Of a stretch of 64,000 nt of DNA, positions 1 to 7,600 are shown one piece after another. Location of the stretch: IMG/VR virus record IMGVR_UViG_3300022700_000186; one strand, written 5' to 3'. Source of the DNA: an uncultured virus (IMG/VR IMGVR_UViG_3300022700_000186) (lineage: Duplodnaviria; Heunggongvirae; Uroviricota; Caudoviricetes). The notes under the pieces were generated by a model. The model saw nothing but the letters and a program-made list of their open reading frames with translations. It searched no databases and was not told the DNA's origin. Positions within the stretch are counted from its first letter, which is position 1, and every line of letters begins with the position of its first letter. The position numbers and the translations under genes were made by a program.

Positions 1-1
1 G

Positions 2-166
2 AAAAAATATAACAAGATAGTAAAAGAAATGGATTCTTTTGCTCGCTGGCTTGTATTTGGTTCCCAGGAAACAAAACCAAGAAAAAAATGGGATGATGAT
101 TTTTGGCTTGGTAACAAATACTGTTTTAGTCCAAGAAAACAATGGAGAGAAAAAGGAAGGTACTAA
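2..166 (+). CDS. Partial hypothetical protein (3' end) with a W-tag-like KKWDDDFWLG
   Basis: Manual translation KKYNKIVKEMDSFARWLVFGSQETKPRKKWDDDFWLG...GRY*. Confidence 0.55.
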   Translation, partial: KKYNKIVKEMDSFARWLVFGSQETKPRKKWDDDFWLGNKYCFSPRKQWREKGRY

Positions 167-250
167 ATGCAAAGATGTCCCTATTGTGGTAGATGGTTTA
201 AAAATATGAGAGCACTTTCCGTGCATAAAGCGTATTGCAAGAAAAAGTAA
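167..250 (+). CDS. 27-aa C2HC zinc-finger microprotein
   Basis: MQRCPYCGRWFKNMRALSVHKAYCKKK; CxxC-x12-HxxxC; abuts upstream stop. Confidence 0.65.
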   Translation: MQRCPYCGRWFKNMRALSVHKAYCKKK

Positions 251-359
251 ATATAGTTGGTAAAAATGAATCCATTACGTGAACCATATGGTGGCATAAA
301 TCCAAGGATTCAAAATCCAAAAAGATGAAAAAGCCAAAAGGCAAATTCTACATTATCAA

Positions 360-809
360 TTGGAAAAAGTGATAGAAGTGTACAAACCAAAATGGATAAA
401 GATAAAACCAACAAATGAAAGACTATCATTCGCTTCTGGAAAACCAGAAAAATGGACAATAAATTTAAGCAAAGAGAACTTTGGACAATCAAAAGATACT
501 GTTTTACATGAACTTGGTCATACAATAATGCATGAATATACATTTGGTTCACATTTAAAAAAAGTTTCATCAAAACCATCATTTGAAGAATCAGCAAAAT
601 ATGCTGTTACAACATATCGTTGTAGTGATACATTTGGTGAAGCACCATCAGAAGGATGGGCTGAATCCTTCCATGACTACTTTACTCGACCTCAATACCT
701 CAAAAAACATTCTCCAAAGTTACATACATTTTGGAGTGATGTTATCAAAGAAAATCCAGAAATAAGAAAAATGGTAAAATCACTAAATAAAGATGAAAAT
801 TATTACTAA
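360..809 (+). CDS. Zincin-like metallopeptidase (anthrax LF/MPTase-like)
   Basis: HELGH (HExxH) and downstream EGWAESF..YF...LK...P motif; start uncertain (TTG; frame open from 300). Confidence 0.75.
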   Translation: MEKVIEVYKPKWIKIKPTNERLSFASGKPEKWTINLSKENFGQSKDTVLHELGHTIMHEYTFGSHLKKVSSKPSFEESAKYAVTTYRCSDTFGEAPSEGWAESFHDYFTRPQYLKKHSPKLHTFWSDVIKENPEIRKMVKSLNKDENYY

Positions 810-844
810 AAATGATAGCAGGCAAAAAACACAAGAAAAAAAGA

Positions 845-858
845 TAAAACTATATAAA
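845..858 (+). promoter_or_regulatory. Archaeal BRE/TATA promoter for the ncRNA-tRNA transcript
   Basis: aaaacTATATAAA about 26 nt upstream of the structured RNA at 885. Confidence 0.6.
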
Positions 859-884
859 CCATAACTTCTATTACATTACTCAAT

Positions 885-954
885 GATTACACTATCGAGT
901 TTATCCAGTTTGCTCCTCAGTTTGTGAGGAGACTGCATTTGCCTTAGTGTAACC
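885..954 (+). ncRNA. Putative small structured RNA leading the tRNA operon
   Basis: ttacacta(887-894)/tagtgtaa(945-952), cagt/actg, ctcctca(913-919)/tgaggag(925-931); followed by a T-run. Confidence 0.5.
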
Positions 955-961
955 TTTTTTT

Positions 962-1097
962 GCCAACGTAGCCAAGTGGTCGAAGGCACCAGACTTAAGT
1001 GAATTATTTTTTTTAAGGGTGATACTCAAAAGACCACTTCGGAGAAATCTGGGAGCTGTAGAGCATAACAACGTAGGTTCGAATCCTACCGTTGGCA
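962..1097 (+). tRNA. tRNA-Leu(TAA) with a 47-nt intron at 37/38 (1000-1046)
   Basis: Acceptor gccaacg/cgttggc, anticodon stem ccaga/tctgg, TAA at 996-998, long variable arm, T-arm gtagg-ttcgaat-cctac; no CCA. Confidence 0.9.
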
Positions 1098-1099
1098 TT

Positions 1100-1181
1100 G
1101 CAGGTATACTCAAGTGGTCTAAGAGAACGGGTTTAGAACCCGTGCTTAGTGCAAACATCGGTTCGAATCCGATTACCTGCA
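1100..1181 (+). tRNA. tRNA-Leu(TAG)
   Basis: gcaggta/tacctgc, acggg-tttagaa-cccgt, atcgg-ttcgaat-ccgat, long variable arm. Confidence 0.93.
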
Positions 1182-1182
1182 T

Positions 1183-1269
1183 GGTAAGCTGGCAGAGTTT
1201 GGTTTATTGCCTTTGGGTGCTAACCAAATGGGTAGAAATACCACACAGGTTCAAATCCTGTGCTTACCG
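1183..1269 (+). tRNA. tRNA-Ser(GCT)
   Basis: ggtaagc/gcttacc, tttgg-gtgctaa-ccaaa, acagg-ttcaaat-cctgt, G73, long variable arm. Confidence 0.9.
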
Positions 1270-1272
1270 TAT

Positions 1273-1357
1273 GGAGAGTTGACCGAGTTCGGTTTAAGGT
1301 GGTTGCCTTGAGAGCATCAGTGTTAACGCACCACAGGTTCGAATCCTGTACTCTCCG
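1273..1357 (+). tRNA. tRNA-Ser(TGA)
   Basis: ggagagt/actctcc, gttgc-cttgaga-gcatc (one mismatch), T-loop ttcgaat, G73, long variable arm. Confidence 0.9.
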
Positions 1358-1392
1358 TTATCTTTAAATATCAATAAACAATACCACCGCCA

Positions 1393-1605
1393 ATGACCTT
1401 TAAAAGATACTTATTCAATAAGTGGGGAAACCCATTCAGAATTATCATTGCTATTTCATTTACCATACTCAGTACTGTATTTATAATGAGTACATCAGTG
1501 AATCCAATCTTCAACTTACTTATAATAAGTTCACTATCAATGTTCATGCTATCTTTTTTTGTCAAGAGTGAGCATGAAAACTATAAGAAACATTTAAATA
1601 AGTAA
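1393..1605 (+). CDS. Small two-TM membrane protein
   Basis: Two hydrophobic stretches, basic termini. Confidence 0.45.
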   Translation: MTFKRYLFNKWGNPFRIIIAISFTILSTVFIMSTSVNPIFNLLIISSLSMFMLSFFVKSEHENYKKHLNK

Positions 1606-1620
1606 CAATCAATTACAATT

Positions 1621-1702
1621 ATTGTGGAAGAGTGTGCTGATAATTTTGTGAAATATTTGTGAGAAAATGTTTTCTACTTTTTCAAAAAATCTCTTCCACA
1701 AT
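1621..1702. repeat. Perfect 12-bp inverted repeat
   Basis: attgtggaagag (1621-1632) / ctcttccacaat (1691-1702). Confidence 0.8.
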
Positions 1703-1758
1703 TCCCTCCCTCAAATTTTAAGAAAATCTTATAAACCCTATCCACTATACTCTATCCA

Positions 1759-1890
1759 GATGGAGGAGTAGAATATCAGGGGCAGGTCTTTCAACTCATT
1801 CATTTTTCATTCATGTTATGTGCGTTGGTTGTTCCTACTTTCATCAGGAAGACAAACCGTTTGCCTCTGACGGTTATCTCCACTCCTCTG
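1759..1890 (+). ncRNA. Putative ~130-nt structured RNA
   Basis: TATA cttataaa at 1728-1735; ggaggagt(1762-1769)/actcctct(1882-1889); tcaggggca(1776-1784)/tgcctctga(1862-1870); inner ggttgttcct/aggaagacaaacc hairpin. Confidence 0.55.
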
Positions 1891-1968
1891 TTCACCTGTT
1901 TCACCTAAATAAAATAAATTAAGTATATAATAATAACTTAATAATAAATAAAAAATAGGTAAAGAATA

Positions 1969-2088
1969 ATGATATTCGAATGCAAAAAATGTGGTATAAA
2001 AGTTGAGCGATTCTATGATTGCTACGTTCGAATTGACAAAATAGATGAATGCCCAAAATGTGGATGTAAAATGAACTATAAAGAATGA
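1969..2088 (+). CDS. 39-aa zinc-ribbon protein (FmdB-like)
   Basis: MIFECKKCG...ECPKCG. Confidence 0.65.
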   Translation: MIFECKKCGIKVERFYDCYVRIDKIDECPKCGCKMNYKE

Positions 2089-2160
2089 TTTTTTATTATC
2101 AAAGTTTAATTTTGATTATCAAAAGAAATATTAAAATAGTATCATTATCATTGTAAGTAT

Positions 2161-2237
2161 GGAAGTGCTTCTGATTGAAGTCGCTTTTCGGGGGTCAACC
2201 CGAAATGAAGATACTTGACCGTATCAAGACTTCAATC
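2161..2237 (+). ncRNA. Three-way-junction RNA with kissing loops
   Basis: P1 gattgaagtc/gacttcaatc, P2 tttcggg/cccgaaa with loop ggtcaa, P3 gatac/gtatc with loop ttgacc; loops are exact reverse complements; strand inferred. Confidence 0.65.
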
Positions 2238-2280
2238 CAAAAACAGTTAATTTAAAATATTTACTTTTCTATTACGATAT

Positions 2281-2781
2281 ATGTTTGAAATAGTTGATAA
2301 TGAACACCGAAAGTACCCAAACGTTGATATCAAACTACCAGAAAGAAAAACAAAACACTCTGCTGGCTATGATTTTTACAGCAATGAATGTAGAACATTA
2401 TACCCTAGAAGAGCTTTTTTACATTGGACAGACGTTAAAGTAAAGTTGCAACCAGATGAAGTTCTTCTTGTTCTTCCCAGGTCTTCAATAGCAATCAAGA
2501 GACATATTCGTTTAACAAACACAATTGGTGTTATTGACTCCGATTACTACTCAAATGAATCAAATGACGGGAACATTGGCATATCAATGTATAACTTCGG
2601 TTATGCTCCAAAGCGAATAAAGAAAGGGGAAAGAATTGCTCAAGGGTTGATAATCAATTACAAAGCGTTTGAAGAAGTAGCAAAAGTAAGGAATGGTGGA
2701 ATTGGTAGTACAGATTTTAATGACCCAGAATCAATTGCTAAATCAAGAAAGATATACAAAATTGGCACAGGTAAAGCTTAA
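2281..2781 (+). CDS. dut: Trimeric dUTPase
   Basis: Motifs SAGYDF, PRSS, GVIDSDY, ERIAQ, RNGGIGST. Confidence 0.95.
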   Translation: MFEIVDNEHRKYPNVDIKLPERKTKHSAGYDFYSNECRTLYPRRAFLHWTDVKVKLQPDEVLLVLPRSSIAIKRHIRLTNTIGVIDSDYYSNESNDGNIGISMYNFGYAPKRIKKGERIAQGLIINYKAFEEVAKVRNGGIGSTDFNDPESIAKSRKIYKIGTGKA

Positions 2782-2793
2782 ATTATCAGTAAT

Positions 2794-2835
2794 CTTTATA
2801 TAGTATAAAGTGTATACATTATACTAGTGATTGAA
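2794..2835 (+). promoter_or_regulatory. Conserved promoter/SD block (copy 1)
   Basis: ctttatatagtataaagtgtatacat...gtgattgaaATG; 24/26 identical to 57852-57877. Confidence 0.75.
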
Positions 2836-3720
2836 ATGGAGACCGAAGAAATAAAAAATAAAATTGAAAACAACGACTCATTTGCAATTCGTTGTTTAAT
2901 GAAGCTATACCAAAAACAAACAACAGATGAACAAGATATTGGTGCAACCGTCGAATATAACAATGTTGGATTTAATGGTGTTGATTCTGAAATTTTATCA
3001 TCATTTGCCCGACAGGTAGAGCAATGGAAAGAAGACAAAAAATATCCTACACCATTATCACCGAAACAAATGGCACTTGTTAAAAAGAAGTTACCAAAAT
3101 ATGCTGGTCAATTAGAAAACATGTTAGAACCAACTGATATCAACATACAGGATTATGAAAAGAAAGAAAGCAAATCTGGAGAAACTATCAAAGGAATTGT
3201 TGACAAAGTCAGTGAAATTAAACAGTATCGTTACGACAAACTCAAGTTCTTTGTTAAAGTAGAAAGTCAAAAACATGGTACAATTAAAACAATGATTGAA
3301 GTTGATGACATGGAAAAACCAACCCGTGATATTCCAGATGTTGGTGATACCATAGAATTCAGAGCTCGCGTGAACGAAAAAGGATGGGCTAATGTTTCTT
3401 TGAAACAACAATATGCAATCATCATCAAAGATAAGGAAACAAAAAATGCAGAAATAACAAACAAAATCAAGACTATTAGGAAGTACCTTAATGAATTAAA
3501 AAGTGATGATATCATTTCAGTATCGTTCTACAATAAGGTTTGGGATACTATGAACAAATTAGAAAACGAAGTTGTTAAGAATATCAACACAAAATCTACA
3601 GAAACGGATTCTGACAACGAAACAAAGCAGGAAACATTAGATACTACTAATGAAAGACAACAACCACCAAAGAAGCATAACAAAGGATTAGCAGAACTCT
3701 TGGATGAGTTCGAAAACTAA
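2836..3720 (+). CDS. Conserved phage-type protein: N-terminal QTxDEQ..NxxGF..LSPKQ..KYAGQL domain, possible OB-fold, acidic tail
   Basis: Motif recognition; ATG 2836 after GTGA SD. Confidence 0.6.
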   Translation: METEEIKNKIENNDSFAIRCLMKLYQKQTTDEQDIGATVEYNNVGFNGVDSEILSSFARQVEQWKEDKKYPTPLSPKQMALVKKKLPKYAGQLENMLEPTDINIQDYEKKESKSGETIKGIVDKVSEIKQYRYDKLKFFVKVESQKHGTIKTMIEVDDMEKPTRDIPDVGDTIEFRARVNEKGWANVSLKQQYAIIIKDKETKNAEITNKIKTIRKYLNELKSDDIISVSFYNKVWDTMNKLENEVVKNINTKSTETDSDNETKQETLDTTNERQQPPKKHNKGLAELLDEFEN

Positions 3721-3753
3721 TCTTTTTCTTTATAAATAAAAAGGAGGTAAAGA

Positions 3754-3900
3754 ATGTATAGAGTAAAGCGTTGTATCAAATGCAATCAAGAATTACATGC
3801 ACACAAAAAGAACGGTCGATACGTTATAAAAAATGCATGTGAACATATTGATTCAGATAAAACATACAATGAAACCCAACTAAGAGAAATATCAAGGTGA
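3754..3900 (+). CDS. Small CxxC/CxH zinc-binding protein
   Basis: MYRVKRCIKC...ACEH; GGAGGT SD. Confidence 0.6.
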   Translation: MYRVKRCIKCNQELHAHKKNGRYVIKNACEHIDSDKTYNETQLREISR

Positions 3901-3905
3901 TATCA

Positions 3906-4067
3906 ATGCCAACATTAGATAAATGGATATCAAAGGGTGATGATGTTTGTGCTTCCTGTGGCAATAAGGATGTACACATTAAGTCTGATACAGGAAAGAA
4001 ATATTGCATGTCCTGTTGGCATGAATATCCCGAAGGATTCAAGACCACTGGCTGGAACTTTATATAG
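3906..4067 (+). CDS. Small zinc-finger protein
   Basis: CASC...YCMSCW; GGTGA SD. Confidence 0.6.
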   Translation: MPTLDKWISKGDDVCASCGNKDVHIKSDTGKKYCMSCWHEYPEGFKTTGWNFI

Positions 4068-4088
4068 TTCCTTTCTATTCTTATTTTG

Positions 4089-4538
4089 ATGTCAGAACAA
4101 TTTGAGCTTACAATACCAGGAAAACCTGTTGCAAAAGGAAGACCGAAATTTACTGTTCGTAGTGGCAAACCGATTGCTTACACACCGAAGAAAACAGCAA
4201 ACTTTGAAAATCTTGTAAAACATGAAGCTTATCAAATTTTTGATACACCTATCAAAGGACCTGTTATGCTTATTGTACAGTTCTATCTTCCAAGACCGAA
4301 ACGAATTATCTGGAAAACTAAACCAATGCCTTGTATCTTTACTGAAAAGAAGCCAGACCTTACCAATTTGGTTAAGTCAGTTGAAGATGGGTTAAATGGT
4401 GTAGCATTTAATGATGATAGCCAGATTTCGATTCTAACGGTTACAAAACGATATCATGGAATGAATAACGAATACTATAAACAACAAGATGGAACACCAT
4501 TAAAACCGATGACGAAAATTATAATCCAAAAAATATAG
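4089..4538 (+). CDS. rusA: RusA-family Holliday junction resolvase
   Basis: IPGKPVAKGRPKF, KPDLTNLVKSVEDGLNG, DDSQI. Confidence 0.9.
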   Translation: MSEQFELTIPGKPVAKGRPKFTVRSGKPIAYTPKKTANFENLVKHEAYQIFDTPIKGPVMLIVQFYLPRPKRIIWKTKPMPCIFTEKKPDLTNLVKSVEDGLNGVAFNDDSQISILTVTKRYHGMNNEYYKQQDGTPLKPMTKIIIQKI

Positions 4539-4668
4539 TATTTACAAAAGTATTTATACCACATCGGACAATATATATTATGGTGTGTTTGTTGCAGTCG
4601 AGTCGTTTTTCTAGACAAATTTTATACCAGTTAATTAGTGTTAAGTATTTTTTGAAAGGTGAAATAAA

Positions 4669-7600
4669 ATGGTAAATCCATTATTAAAGAGAACGTTGGG
4701 AAGGAGCGCTTCTGGCAGGAAAGTTTTAAACATTGTAAAAAGCGCAGAGAAAAAAGCAAAATCAAGCTCAAAAAGTAGTAGTTCAGGTTTTTCATCTGGA
4801 CCTATGGCACAAGCAAAAAAATCAAGTTCATCCCGCTCAAGTTCCAGTTCATCCCGCTCTCGTTCTTCTCGTTCTCGTTCTTCTTCTCGTTCTTCTAAAA
4901 AAACAAAAACATCACCAGTTAAAACACCGAAGCCACCAGTTCCAAAAGTAGGTCCTAAAACACCAGCTGATATTTTAAAAGAACAATATGGTATTGATAA
5001 ACCATCTGGTTCTACAAAAAAAGACACTCCACCACCAAAAAGAACATCAACAAAGAAAAGTGGAGGTGGAGGTGGAAGTACACAACCGTCAGGAACTATG
5101 CCAGTTCCAGGTCAAGGAGCTCCATTAACAGTAATTGAACAGCAACTTTTACAAAGTAACAATCCAGAATTAGGAAAAATAATGTATGAAAGAAGAACAG
5201 GTGAGGATTTACCTCCACCATCTTCAGGAATGAAAACGATTAGTCCACCTGTAGGATATGGTTCTTCTGTTGATACTGCTAAAGAAGTTGGTTCAGGTAA
5301 AACTGGTTGGCAAGGTCCTATGCAAGGTGCAGAAATTCAAAAGGAACAACAAGAAGAATTTGTTGGACCACCTTCACCATCACAATTTCAAAGGGATGGA
5401 TTTCCAACTTCACAAACTGATACTCTTCCAGATAGACTGAAACCAGAAAATGTTGTTAGTGGAAAAAAACGAATTGATACTCAAACATTTAGAAATAAGA
5501 TATTAGATAGATTGCCAGATGATAGTAAAGCTGAAGAAGTTTTAACAAGTGCTTTCAACATTCAAGACATGGCTGCAGCTTCAGGAATAACACCCCAGCA
5601 ATGGCAAGAAATACAAAAAGTAAATGAACAGAACGTTCAAAACCTTGAGCAAGCAAAAGAAACATTGAATATGGTTAAATCATCTGATGTTGAAGCATGG
5701 GAAGTTGATGGCGAAGAAGTATCAAGAAGCGAACTTATTAATATGCTTGAAGGTAACGTTAATGAAATAGAGGAAGCTATCGGTTCAGGAAAAGTAAAGA
5801 TAGGCGAAGAAGAATATGTACCTGGTCAAGATACATATGGAAGATTTCTAAAAGGTTTTGAAAAAGAATATGATGAAGCAGTTTATGAGGGAAGTTTCGG
5901 CGAAGGCGGTGTAAACCAGTATTATGCTTTTGTTCCACGAGATACTTATGTAGATATTCAAAGAGAAGTAAGATTAGGTCAAATGAGCGAAGAAGAAGCT
6001 CAGGAAAGATTAAACCAAATCAACACACAAAACATGATGACAAAACCAAAACCTCAACGTGATGCATGGGCTCAGAATCAGTTGCAGTTTGAAAATCCAG
6101 AAATTACAAACTTCCGTGAAGATATTGGTGATTTAATAACTGGAACAAGAGGTCCAATTGGTTGGGGATTAACAGGTGGAGGAAGCAAAGACGTACTCAA
6201 AAAGTTAGCAAGAGAATATGATGTTGACCCGAGTCTTGTAGATGAAGGTAAGTACGATACACTTCAGGAACAGCTTGTTTCATCTTTCACTCAGAAAGCT
6301 GTTGAAGAGACAGGAGGAAAATTTGAACCAACTGTCGGATACGAAGAATTCAAAGCAGCTAACCCAGCAGTTTCAGGACTTGAATACAATCCAGAAGAAG
6401 GTTCATGGAATGTGGAAATGGATTATGAATCTGCTCAAAGAAAAGAAATGAGAAATCTTTGGGAAGAAAACCCATTAGCTGCTGTTGGAAGAGGAACAGT
6501 TGATGTTATATCTCAGTACCCAAAAGCATTAACAACTGCCGCTGGTTATGGATACCGTTCTCTTGTAGGAGAAGAACAACCATCATATCAAGACCAACTT
6601 TTTGGTGAGTTAGCAAAATCTTCTTATGGAATATCGCAATCAATGAGAAAAGGAGATGCATCTGATTATTGGAAACAAACAGTTTTTGAATCACCTGCTA
6701 TGACTGATGTTTACTTACCTGTTCTTGGTGGCGCAGCTTTTTCAGCAGCTGCTCCTACAATAGGTGCAGCTAGTGGGAGATTAGGTTCATGGGTAACATC
6801 AAAAACAGGAGGGAGATTAGTAGGTGGCGCAGGAAAATGGATAGCTGCACATCCAGGAGCTGCAAAAGCAGCTGCCTACGGATTAACTGGTGGTTTAGTA
6901 TATGGTCCAACTGCTGGTCCTGCAGCTTATCAAGAATACGTTACAGGAGAAGGGGAAACAGGTTCAACAGCAGAAGCAGCTGCTCGTTCAACATTACAAT
7001 TGGGTGGTTTTCTGACGGGTGCTGGTTCAACGCTACCAGGTTCAAAAGGTAAAAGAACAATTCAAGATTGGGGTCGAGCAAGGGCAGATTCTTACATGAC
7101 AAGTAGAGGTTATGTAAGAGACCCAAAAACAGGAAAATGGGTTCAAGACCCTTACAAAATAAGAACAAAATCACCAGCAGAATTAGAAGAAGCTCTTGCA
7201 GCTTCTAAAGAAGGTTTTACACCTGATTTCTTAAAAACAAAGTATCAAGGGGAAACATTTGCAAAAGGATGGGAATCATACGCACAACCAAAAATAGCTG
7301 GTGGAAGGTTTGCAAAATATAGAAGCGGCTTAATAGATGACGTTCCAAAGTTAACAGGAAATGTAGGAGGAACCCAAACAGGTGCAATGGTTCAATATCA
7401 ACCTTCTGTGCCACCGCGAGGAGGAAGCGGAATATTAGAAAGTGGAAGACTGGCTGGTTGGAAACCTTTTAGTACTGATATTGCAGCTTATAATCAAATT
7501 CAAACAGGAACAGGTGCGAGAATACCTCAAGAATGGGGAAGTCTACAACCAGATTTAGGTGGTAGAATACCAACAAGAGTAACCAACGTACCAACTACAA

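Noticed and set aside
901..1282. ORFs 901-1182 (-) and 1019-1282 (+)
   Set aside because: They overlap the tRNA genes and are shadow frames
2161..2237. Hammerhead ribozyme or purine riboswitch identity for the three-way junction
   Set aside because: No CUGANGA/GAAA core in the right junctions on either strand, and no purine-aptamer junction residues
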